Source: Haliotis rubra | Lineage: Eukaryota | Direction of reading: 5' to 3' | NCBI RefSeq assembly: GCF_003918875.1 | Contig: NW_025767371.1 | Coordinates: forward strand, 310,001 to 374,000 | DNA length: 64,000 nucleotides | In this document: positions 50,395 to 62,268 of the stretch, in pieces | How the letters are laid out: each line of letters starts with the position of its first letter | Position numbering within the stretch: the first letter of the stretch is position 1 | Translations under genes and position numbers: made by a program | Notes under the pieces: model-generated | The model's input: the letters and a program-made list of their open reading frames with translations, nothing else | Database searches by the model: none | What the model was told of the DNA's origin: nothing

Positions 50395-51924
50395 TACTGA
50401 GTCAAAAAAGAAACTTCACATTCTTTCTTCAGGGCACTATAAAAGAACAAGAGATGGTAAGATGGTTAAATTGTTATTATTTCATTGCTGAGATCTGTGT
50501 GATGTACTCGATACACTGACAGTGCCATAATCAGTTCTATTAGGCTACACCGCCGTTCCAAAACATGGGTATTCAGAATGTCAAGTCACAAGAATAAAAA
50601 TGCGAAATTTCTAAGTTCAATATCGTGTATGGCCTCCTCGCTCATTCACCACTGCAAAACACCGTCTCCTCATCGACTGCCTGATGCATGTGAACACGTG
50701 GTTGGGGATTCTGCGCCATTGATCTTGTAAGGCAGCGCCAAGTTCCTGCAAATTCTGAGGTTGGTTCCTAAGACCACGGAGCCTTCTCCCAAGTGCATCC
50801 CAAACGTGCTCTATTGGATTAAGGTCAGGGGACCTCGATGGCCAGTCCATGACGTTGATTCCAGCGTTTTGAAGGAAATTTCGTGTCAACATCGCGGTAT
50901 GCGGCCGAGCATTATCATGCTGGAACTGTAGACCTGGGCCATGAGCTGCCATGAAAGGAACGAGTTCAGGGGTGAGCACCTGGTCGCGGTAAGCAGCAGC
51001 TGTGAGGTTTCCACGGATGACCAGAAGTCGGCAACGGTTGTTCCCACAGAAAGCACCCCACACCATGCAACTTCCGACCCCGAATCTGTCGACTTCCTGT
51101 ACACAACATTGGGCATACCGTTCACGACGTCGTCTCCAGACTCTATGCCTGCCGTCCGCGAATCTGAGGGTAAACCTGGATTCATCGCTAAAGACGACTC
51201 GATTCCAGTCTCTCTGGGTCCATCGGAGGTGACGTTGGGCCCACAGCAGACGTTGACGTTGATGAAACGGCGTCAATATTGGCCACGATATGGACGTCGA
51301 GAATGAAGATTGGCAGCCCGCAACCGATTTCGAATGGTCTGTGAGGACAGTCGACCTCTAAACATCTCAGCCCTGGTTCGTGTAGCCGGCAGAAATCTGT
51401 CACGTAGGTGACGTAGGACGATTTGACAGTCTTCTGCTCATGACGTCACACGTAGACGACCCGACCTTGGGCGATCAGAAGTGGTGCCAGTTTGTTGTAG
51501 ACGACCTCGCAAGTCATACACAGTACGACGGCTGCATCCCATTGCTCTTGCGACGTCAATAACTGATCTTCCCGCTTGCAACATGCCAACGGCACGTTCA
51601 CGTGCACATTTGACAATCGTGGCATTTCAAGTACCGTTAGAACTGTGGTTTCAAAGTGTTTTTTCAATTCTTGAGGCCAATGCAAACACGTGCATATGAA
51701 GAAAACTTCGATGCGAAGATCACGTGATCGACTGCACGTGCAAAACCTGATTTGGCACTAACGTCATTTGCACGACGAATGGATGGGTTTGAGTGGGTTT
51801 TGCTAACGTTTTTCTAGAGTCGAAAGATAGGGATCCCATTTCGGATACATAGATGTATCATCAGAGAAAAATTATTCATTATTTTTCAAATTACATTTTG
51901 TGATGTTTCATTTTTGACTCAGTA
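50395..51924 (-). mobile_element. Tc1/mariner DNA transposon (DD34E), near full length, inactive
   Basis: TA TSDs; TIR tactgagtcaaaaa(a/t)gaaac(t/a)tcaca at both ends. Confidence 0.93.
50617..51625 (-). pseudogene. Tc1 transposase with two frameshifts and a stop in the N-terminal half
   Basis: MPRLS..RERAVGML..VARAMGCSRRTV (HTH), DRPRSGR, FSDESRF, FQHDNARPH-(34 aa)-NPIEHVW, GGHTRY*. Confidence 0.92.
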
Positions 51925-52984
51925 TAGAACCTTAAAATATTACCGTTGTTTCCTTCAGGAATACTGGTCACAATATCTATTCCATCATATGTACTGAAAT
52001 AAAGATTGATTGACGTTTTGTGTGTGTTGTTGGAAGCCTTTCAGTAGGACGGAGGTATGGAACTAATTGAGTCTGGACCAGACAATCCAGTGATTGACAT
52101 GAGCAACAAACCACGCCCTTGGTGTCCCATGTAGTCGCCTCTCAACATCAGCACAGATGTCTGGGGGCCAGTTTTAACCCGGAATATCCACATGTGCAGG
52201 AAGGTACCAATGTGAATATAGAAGGCAGCCAAGTTTCCCATACAGTTACCAGACACAGCCAATCCCACAAGCAAATTGTTGTGATCTAGATTATCTTTGA
52301 TATGAAAACACATGGTAACTATCTTGATAGAGGAGAACTTGAGAAATGTATATTGCTTCTATTTAGAACTTCATAATAATTGAAATACAGTTAATGGTTT
52401 TTATTCATTGGTACTTGGAAACAACAAGGTATAATAGTTCATAACATAAGCCAAGAATGTGCCCAGGTAGATTCAACGAAGTGACTCCATCTGTTCCAGT
52501 GAAGTGGGGATTGTCGCTCACCGTTCCAGCCACACAAGACCCTCCAGAACCACCATTCTGAGGGAATACCATAGTCTTCCCAGACAGCAGGATGCCAACA
52601 CATTTCAGTTTCACACGAGATTGGTTGGTTGGTTTGTTGTTGAACACCTCACTCCAGCGATATGGCAGCAGTCTGTAAATAATCGAGTGTGGTCAACAGC
52701 ATGAGCATCCCTCTATGCAAATGGGAACCGATGACATGTGTCAAGTCGGCAAGCCTGACCACCCGATCCCGTTAGTTGACTCTTACGACAAGCATGGGTT
52801 ACTGAAGATCAGTGCTAACCCACATCTTCACAGGTCTACACACCGGAGGCTACTTCATAAATTATATCCCTGCGAGCATTTACACATTTTATTTACAAAA
52901 CCAAACACACAAGGGCAATCAACTCTTATCATATAAACCATTCCTGAAAATTGTTCCTGAGGTATTTTCATTTGCATGAACCAT

Positions 52985-53410
52985 CAATGGTTTAACTGTG
53001 ACAACAATTTGTATGAATCAACAATGGTTTAACTGTGACAATGGTCTGTATGAATCAACAATGGTTTAACTGTGACAATGGTCTGTATGAATCATCAATG
53101 GTTTAACTGTGATAATGATCTGTATGAATCAACAATGGTTTAACTGTGACAATGGTCTGTATGAATCATCAATAGTTTAACTGTGACAACAATTTGTATG
53201 AATCAACAATGGTTTAACTGTGACAATGGTCTGTATGAATCAAAAATGGTTCAACTATAACAATAATTTGTATGTATCAACAATGGTTCAACTATGACAA
53301 TGGTTTGTATGTACCAACTATAACTCAACTGTGATAATGATCTCTATATACCAACAATGGTTCAGCTGACAATGGTTTGTATGTATCAACAGTGATTCAA
53401 CAGTCACAAC
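52985..53410. repeat. 37-bp minisatellite (atggtttaactgtgacaatggtctgtatgaatcaaca)n, ~11 copies, 3' of TatD-like copy 2
   Basis: Directly visible; about 4-5 copies at the paralogous site 36555-36730. Confidence 0.9.
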
Positions 53411-53627
53411 TCTAATTGTAAGGGTGGCTCAGCCATCAAGGTCACTGGAATCTTCTGCACAATTCCATGATTGAGGGCTTGATCCTTTGTTAAAAGTCCC
53501 TACCCAGTAAGTTGAGTAAGTCTCTGACAATGCATACATATATCAGTTTTCCACACACATCACGCTGACAATGACTGATGAATCTGAGAGACTTTACACA
53601 GCAGGAATGAACTGTATAGGTATTTAC

Positions 53628-56600
53628 TCATTCAATGACAGAATCCAGTTTCCAAACATACTGGAATGTTAACAAGATGGTGACCATGAGAATACCAAGG
53701 ATGAATGTAAGTCCTGGGAATACATACTTCCTCCTCTTGTCTGGCTGGAGGTCAACAACCTCAGAGGTCACTTCCTGCACCTCACTACATGTTCCTTCAG
53801 AACTTTCTACCAACTTCCTGTCAGACTTTTCAGTAAATCTATAGAATGTATACGTATTTTGTCTGACCATGTCCGCGAGCTGTTGTGGAGTCCGCTGAAC
53901 TCTACCCGATGCCAACTCCAAGATGCTGTGTAAACTAAGTGGCTCGTTCCGCTTACAACAGTACTTCATTGTCAACTTTGAGCTGTCCTCCGACAAGTTA
54001 CAACCATCAACTTTGAACACTGCTTGATGGTGAGATCTTGATGAACCAGCGTAGTTGCCGATGAAGTCGGGGTACTTTCCAGGAGCCTCGCTGGCCAGGA
54101 TTAGCCTCATTGTCTCTATGTCACGTGATACACTGCTCAGCCAATCTCTTGGACATCCCTTATATGGGCTAGTCCAGGCATGTCCTTGAAAGAAAAGACA
54201 TTAGATCATCTGAATTAAATACTGAAGAAAAAGCAGGATTATATTTTCCTCTATGGACATAAAGTCACAAAGTGACAACTGTATGACAAGGGCTAAAACG
54301 GTAGAAGTAGGTTTGATTCCTTATTTTTGTTGTAACTTGAGTAGGTGAACAATTTCTTGAAGTGTACTATGTATCATGCAGAAACATGAAGTATACATCC
54401 TGTACAATCTTCACTTTGTTTCAATTATTCTTACATTCATACTCTATTCAATGCCATTTGCACTGGCGACTTGAACCCCCTTCCCTAACTTTATGTGTAG
54501 GCAATAGTTTGAAGCTAGTAAAGCCCTCTTCACAGCTAGAAGGTCATAACTATGTACACGTTTTCAAAAACCTATAAAGCTGTATTGACTAGGCTTTTGT
54601 ATGTCTGTAGTAAACTTCCACTCACTCACTCAAAGAGAAAGAAACACACCTTGGGGCTACTGAGAATGGGACAATAAGATGTATTACCAGTGTATCAAAT
54701 AAGGCCCGTCCAACCGCCCAAGACAGGCTAGATTTCTAACGGACGGTCTAAATTTACAGCTAGCCAGCCCAATGGTCTGGTACAAATTTTAGATGTTCCA
54801 TACACCTGAGTAAATTCACCATATTTGGTCTGGTTAAATCCACTTGGGCAGGTAACATTTTGAACTTACCAGCCTTGATGTCTGGCTTATTTCATACACT
54901 GGTATTACCTGTCAAAGAGATGTGCTACCTGTCAAAAAGATCTGTTACCTGCCAAGGAGATGTGTTACCTGTCAAAGAGGTGTGTTACCTGTCAAAGAGA
55001 TGTGTTACCTGCCAAAGAGATGTTACCTATCAATGAGATGTGTTACCTTTCAAAGAGATGTGTTACCTGCCAAGGAGATGTGTTACCTGTCAAAAAGAGG
55101 TGTTACCTGCCAAGTAGATGTGTTACCTGCTAAGTAGATGTGTTAACTGTCAAAGAGTGTGTTACCTGCCAAGGAGATGAGTTACCTTTCTAGGATCCAG
55201 AGATGTGCTACTTGTCAAAACGGTGTGTTACCTGTCAAAGAGGTGTGTTACCTGCCAAGGAGATGTGTTACATGTCAAAGAGGTGTGTTACCTGCAAAGA
55301 AGATGTGTTACCTGTCAAAGAGATGTGTTACCTTTCTAGGATCCAGAGATGTGTTACTTGTCAAAACGGTGTGTTACCTGTCAAAGAGATGTGTTATCTG
55401 CCAAGGGGACGTGTTACCTGCAAAGGAGATGTGTTACCTGTCAAACAGGTGTGTTACCTACTAAGGAGATGTGTTATCTTTCTAGGATCCAGAGATGTGT
55501 TACCTCTCAAAGAGATGTGTTACCTGCCAAGGAGATGTTCTACCTTTTACCTGTCAAGGAGATGTAGAATCCCATGTCATAGAATGCCTTCAAGTCTGTC
55601 GTTGTCAGCCTGTCTCCGCTAATACAAACTGGCGGTAGTTTGTCCTTGAATTCTGAGAGGATCCTCTGTGTTGTCTCCAGCTTACTCGTGTCACACAACA
55701 CCAGGGGTATGTCCATGTCACATGCCTGTTTCACCTGTCAAAATGTCACACAACACTACATCACCTGTCACACAACACTACATCAACTGTCACACAGTGC
55801 ATCACCTGTCACACAACACTACATCACCTGTCACACAGCTCTATATCACCTGTCACACAACACTACATCACCTGTCACACAACACTACATCACATGTCAC
55901 ACAGCTCTATATCACCTGTCACACAACACTAAATCACCTGTCATACAACATTATATCACCTGTCACACAACACTACATCACCTGTCACACAGCTCTATAT
56001 CACCTCTCACACAACACTACATCACATGTCACACAGCACTATATCACCTCTCACAGAACACTACATCAACTGTCACACAACACTACATCACCTGTCACAC
56101 AGCACTAAATCACCTCTCACAGAACACTACATCAACTGTCACACAACACTACATCACCTGTCACACAGCTCTATATCACCTCTCACACAACACTACATCA
56201 CATGTCACACAGCACTATATCACCTCTCACAGAACACTACATCAACTGTCACACAACACTACATCACCTGTCACACAGCACTAAATCACCTCTCACAGAA
56301 CACTACATCAACTGTCACACAACACTACATCATCTGTCACACAATACTACATCAACTGTCACACAACACTACATCAACTGTCACACAACACTACATCACC
56401 TGTCACACAACATTATATCACCTGTCACACAACACTACATCACCTGTCATACAACATTATATCACCTGTCACACAACACTACATCACCTGTCATACAACA
56501 CTACATCACCTGTCACACAACACTACATCACATGTCACACAAGACTACATCACATGTCACACAGCTCTATATCACCTCTCACACAACACTACATCACCTG

Positions 56601-59600
56601 TCACACAACACTGCATCACCTATCGCAACACTACATCACCTGTCACACAACACTGCATCACCTATCACAACACTACACTGCATCACCTCACACAACACTG
56701 CATCACCTATTACAACACTACATCACCTGTCACACAACATTATATCACCTGTCACACAACACTGCATCACTTATCACAACACTACATCACCTGTCACACA
56801 ACACTACATCACCTGTCATACACCACTACATCACCTGTCGCACAACACTACATCACATGTCACACAGTACTATATCACCTGTCACACAACACTACATCAC
56901 CTGTCACACAACACTACATCACCTGTCACACAACACTACATCACCTATCACAACACTACATCACCTGTCACACAACACTACATCACCTGTCACAGAACAC
57001 TACATCAACTGTCACACAACACTACATCACCTGTCACACAACACTACATCAGCTATCACAACACTACATCACCTGTCATACAACATTATATCACCTGTCA
57101 CACAACACTACATCACCTGTCACACAGTACTACATCACCTGTCACACAACACTACATCACATGTCACATAGCTCTATATCACCTCTCACACAACACTACA
57201 TCACCTGTCACACAACACTACATCACCTGTCATACAACATTATATCACCTGTCACACAACACTACATCACCTGTCACACAACACTGCATCACCTGACATA
57301 CAACACTACATCACCTGTCACACAACACTACATCACCTGTCATACAATGCATCAACTGTCACACAACACTACATCACCTGTCACACAACACTACATCACC
57401 TGTCACACAGCACACACTATTCTCACCACATAACCTAACTGTCTCACCTGGGCTCTGAACATCTCCCTCTGAGTGTCTGTTTCAGCCTTTCCCAGCCCGA
57501 TCTCACCCAGGGCCACACACTGGGGGTGGGATAGGAGGTCACACAGTTGCTGTAGAGTTCTCTCCCCTTTCCATGAACTTTCTTTGGTGGGGTGGATGCC
57601 TTGTAAGCATTTACAAACATATCATGAGAATTCCAATCACATGTGCAACCATCCCTCCAAATCAACCCCCATTTATCAAACTAATACAGGCTAAGATATA
57701 TATAATTTGGTTTAAATTTTCTCATGTATACACAATCATCAAAGTAACTGCTCAACTGAAAAAAATAATAATTATGATAACTTTGATCAGTTTTCTAAAA
57801 TGAAGGAAACACATATTCATCTTCCTTCAACACATCTGTAAATATCTAAAGTTCTCCACAAAACCTGGCATGCCTTTCATTTGAAATTTTCAATTTGTTT
57901 ACACTCACAGCTTCTTCTGTCTGGCAATTTGAGAGATGTTTATTCAGCCCAACATGCAGTTTGAGTATATTGTAGAGCATGGTCAAACATTGAAAAATAA
58001 TTTCCATAAACCAGCTGTTATCCTGAGAAAAGCCTAAGAAGTATCTACAGTTTTGTCATTTCAAATTGATCATTGATTCATGTTCTGATTGAATTGCAAT
58101 ATTGTCATCAGAATATTCCCGATTCCTGTTCAGGGCCTAAGGTGAATGTAGTGTGGCCCTTGACAACACCCACCAGCGGTGAAGTAGATGATCCCAGGGA
58201 AGCTGTCGGCCAGGGCCTTAGCCTTCATGGCCTGTCTCACCGTCAGTGTCTTCACCACAACCTTCTCTACACCTGGAACACAACGCCCATCTTGTCAAAA
58301 CTTATTTGTTTGATCAGTATTCTAAAAGTCTATCAAAGCACTCTTATTAGAGTGTGGTTACTACTTATCCTACTTATTTACTGGCTTCATCACCAGTTCC
58401 ATTTGTAGTTCCTGGTCCCCAACTGGTCTCTTCAATTATGTACCACTTGTTTCAATTACATGCTGCTTATGTTAATCTGCTGTTTTGTCATAACATACCA
58501 TGTTATCTGATCTTTGCCCCAAAATACTATGTAATATTCTTCTCAACATTTGCTTGTAGTTACGTATAGCTTGATAACGGCCTAAGAATCTATATCAAAA
58601 TGTCGCTATATGCCATAAAAAAGAAGTTGTCATCAATAAAGTTGTATGCTTCATTTTGAACAGATACCTTTCTTTGATGGAGTAGACAAATAATACAGCT
58701 ACAATCAATCACAAATGTTTATTGGTTGTTTGATGGTTTGTCAATGAAGTCAGCCAGCCTGACCACCCGATCCTGTTAGTCACATCTTACGACAAGCATG
58801 GGTTACTGCATGAAGACCAATTCTAACCTGGATCTTCACGGGTCAAAACTTTACTGTATTAAGAATAAGCAAACTGTTTTCAGGGAGAGTGTCATAGGAA
58901 TAAACATTGTGCTCAGAGAGATTGTCATAGGAATAAACATTGTGCTCAGGGAGATTGTCATAGGAATAAACATTGTGTTCAGGGAGATTGTCATAGGAAT
59001 AAACATTGTGTTCAGGGAGATTGTCATAGGAATAAACATTGTGCTCAGAGAGATTGTCATAGGAGATTGTCATAGGAATAAACATTGTGCTCAGAGAGAT
59101 TGTCATAGGAATAAACATTGTGTTCAGGGAGATAGTCACAGGAATAAACATTGTGCTCAGAGAGGTTTTCTTAGGAATAAACATTGTGTTCAGGGAGACT
59201 GTCATAGGAATCAACATTGTGCTCAGGGAGATTGTTATAGGAATAAACATTGTGTTCAGGGAGATTGTTATAGGAATAAACATTGTGTTCAGGGAGACTG
59301 TCATAGGAACAAACATTGTGTTCAGGGAGATTGTCATAGGAATAAACATTGTGTTCAGGGAGACTGTTATAGGAATGAACATTCTGTTAAGGGAGATTGT
59401 TATAGGAATGAACATTGTGTTCAGGGAGATTGTCATTGGAATAAACATTGTGTTCAGGGAGACTATTATAGGAATGAACATTCTGTTAAGGTAGATTGTT
59501 ATAGAAATGAACATTGTGTTCAGGGAGATTGTCATAGGAATAAACATTGTGTTCAGGGAGACTGTCAAAAGAATGAGAATTGTGCTCAGGGAGACTCTAT

Positions 59601-62268
59601 TAGAAATATACATAGTATTTAGTGAGCCATACATAAAATAGGTTTTGTCCATTTTGAACTCTGGGAAAGTCAGCACAATAACTAGATAAATCAAAAGTAT
59701 CAACATATTTCTGTTATGGAATCCATGATATTTTTATCATACATACCAGATAGGAAAGCTCGTTTGATGACTTCGTTGACATCCTTCTCTGCAGTGAAAC
59801 CAGGATCAACAAGATAAGCTCCTGCATCTATCATGTGATACATAAACTCTGTTCTCTCTTTTGACATTGAAACCACAGACTCAACACATTCGGAAAGACA
59901 AAACACTGTCCCTTCCTCATTCTTTCTCCATTTTGATGTGACAAGTTTCTGCATATTCTCTGGTTGTTTGACTGAAAGCTCCTTTCCTTTGAGTAACCTG
60001 AAGAAAATAGATACCGTACAACAGGTTGAATTCATGTGAGTAAATGGGCGAAAGTTTGTGTGCGTTATCTTAAATGACCATGTCTTAAAACCCCATTCCT
60101 GTCCTTTTATCTTGTTTCTGGGTACTGTTCTGAAGGGAGAAAAAAATGAAGGAAAATACTTTCCAGAATTGGCTTTCATTCCTCAAAAAATTATCTAAAT
60201 ATCTTGCCCGTGCAGGTAAACAGTTTCTCTTGTGCTTGTCCAATTCAACAGTTATTCACATTATTCGTTAGGGCTAGCAATCAATATAGATTAAAGAGAT
60301 CGATAATCGTTAACAAAATATCAATCGATTATTGATAAATATCGGAGGCATAACTTTGAGCAAAAATGCCCAAACTGTCTGAACGAAATGAATATATTTC
60401 ACATCACGTAAGTTGTGGCATGTTTTTGCTTTGGTTATTAACAAGGCAGCATCCGAAATATAATTCAGAAGCAGACCATGAATAAAGTCCTGAATTTGTA
60501 TATTGTGAGAGAAAACTAAAACTTTTAAAACTTAAAAATTAATGTACGATATTATCGATAGCACAATTTTCATATTGATAATCATTAACAACTTTTAAGA
60601 CGACATTTCCGATTATCAATTATATTCATCCTCCCTATTATTTGTGGCATATAATAAAAAGGAAAATATGTTTTTCAGACTTTTCCTCCCACCTGACATT
60701 ATCTTAATGTCAGTACACTTTGTGAATTCATTTTTTTTTAAAGTTGGAGTTGCTTCAAGATCCCCTTACCTGCCATCCATCCGTAACACCTCTTTTGTGA
60801 GGGTCTTGGGCACCACCACCTCTGCACATTCCTTGGACTTGCCACGCTTGTCCACATGTATATACACCTGGATGCTGGGATCTAGGCACATGTACTCCTT
60901 GAGGTAAAGGGGGCTCACAGACTTGTCAACATTCACTGAAGTCAGTAGAAATAGTCCAATACAGTCATTGTACAAGTGGAACGGTGGGGTAGCCTAGTGG
61001 TTAAATCATTCATTCATCACGCTGAAGACCTGGGTTCGATTCCCCACATGGGTACAATGTGTGAAGCCCATTTCTGGTGTCCCCCGCCGTGATATCGCTG
61101 GAATATTGCTAACAGCGATGCAAAACTAAACTCACTTACTCACTCATTGTACAAGTATTAATCTCTAATGTCAAATTACATTATAATTACATTGATTCTG
61201 TTTAATTTTTAGTCTGTAATTGGATTCGAAACATGGGCCTTGTAATCTGACAAGGGGCGGTGTCCACCTGACTGATGAGGTCAACCCAGTCAACAGGCTG
61301 AGACCATAACGATGTCATGTGGTATAACTAACTCTATGACCTAGTTTTAGACACTACCCTTTATACATAGAACATGTGAGAGGTAGGTGAGTGGGTGGTT
61401 AAGTCAGTGGGTGAGTGGGTGGTACCTGATAAATACCTGGATTACAAAGGAGAACAATCTTTCTAATCTTATTGTATAGTTTTATATCGTAAATGTAAAA
61501 TTTTACATGAATGACTTCCTTGTAATGTATGTTATATTTGGGATTACACTTTCTTAATAAAGTACAGATTATAGTACTTTTGGGGTTGAGTCCTTTTCAG
61601 GATTCGAATCCACATCCTCAGAGTCAGGCACCTAATCGCCAGCACACAAAGTCAGACGCCTAGACCGCTCAGCCACCGCGGCTTCCACAAAAATGGAAGT
61701 CGGACAACTGGTAGTCTGCACTGCGGACTTCGTGTACCCCTCTGATAAGTGTTATTTGGCACGGCTCCCAAGGGATTCGAACCCACACCCTCAGAGTCAG
61801 GCACCTCAGCCAGACTCTCAGGGTGTGGGTTCGAATCCTGGATGGGACTCAACCAAAAAAGTACTAGAATCTGTACTTTACTAAGAAAGTGTAATCCCAA
61901 ATATAACATACGTTACATTTGACCACTTTCTAAAATGGCATTGTGTATTTCAATGACTTCCTTGCCATAACAGATGCATGGGTGAATTATGTAGTCATCT
62001 CAGAAGAATGTATACAGATAGACAGGTAGCCGAGAACTAGCCGGTCCTATACAGTCAAGATATGACCCTGTATACATGACCCGGCATGTCTTGACTGTAC
62101 TCTGAGTATAGGACGGTGTCGTGGCTCTCGGCTAATAGTCATGTTGACTAAATCTGTAAGATTACCAAAGACATTGCATAATTTCGATAACTTACTGATA
62201 TAAAACTTCTGTTGAGTGCTGAAAATATCCTCTGTTGAGGATCTCGACCCATTACTTGTGTCCGTCAT
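53628..62268 (-). CDS. TatD-like protein, copy 2 (RRM-like + degenerate TatD + C-terminal TM), intact 493 aa
   Basis: Exons 62268-62196, 60935-60770, 59997-59747, 58272-58174, 57599-57448, 55734-55551, 54184-53628 (1482 nt, open throughout, GT-AG). Exons 2-7 have the same lengths as in copy 1. Confidence 0.88.
54688..54901. mobile_element. Short TIR MITE
   Basis: TIR cagtgtat(c/g)aaataag / cttatttcatacactg flanked by the direct repeat gtattac. Confidence 0.75.
54902..55565. repeat. 20-bp donor-derived minisatellite, copy-2 version (~30 units)
   Basis: gttacctg(t/c)caa(a/g)gagatgt units, with interspersed ttctaggatccagag variants. Confidence 0.92.
55735..57412. repeat. 22-bp acceptor-like minisatellite, copy-2 version
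   Basis: (acctgtcacacaacactacatc)n with agctctat and agcactaa variants. Confidence 0.95.
58860..59625. repeat. 33-bp minisatellite (cagggagattgtcataggaataaacattgtgtt)n, ~22 copies
   Basis: Directly visible; intron 3 of copy 2. Confidence 0.95.
60269..60637. mobile_element. hAT-type MITE
   Basis: TAGGG...CCCTA termini, 8-bp TSD ttattcgt/ttatttgt; empty site in the paralog near 45445. Confidence 0.75.
60978..61143 (+). mobile_element. Full-length tRNA-derived SINE family B with TSD
   Basis: A box TAGCCTAGTGG, B box GGTTCGATTCC, 13-bp TSD tcattgtacaagt; empty site in the paralog at ~45778. Confidence 0.9.
61523..61951. mobile_element. Fold-back SINE-like insertion with tRNA-like pieces and 13-bp TSD
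   Basis: TSD aatgacttccttg (61510, 61952); ~105-bp inverted arms 61522-61626 / 61813-61917. Confidence 0.7.

Noticed and set aside
50886-51699. Assorted short ORFs overlapping the Tc1 element
   Set aside because: Alternative or antisense frames of the broken transposase.
58798-59706. 274/287-aa repetitive ORFs on both strands (also 43105-43928)
   Set aside because: Artefacts of the 33-bp and 28-bp minisatellites.
60978-61050. tRNA genes (also 46430-46496, 61600-61683)
   Set aside because: A/B boxes are present but run into SINE bodies with tails and TSDs; no complete cloverleaf.
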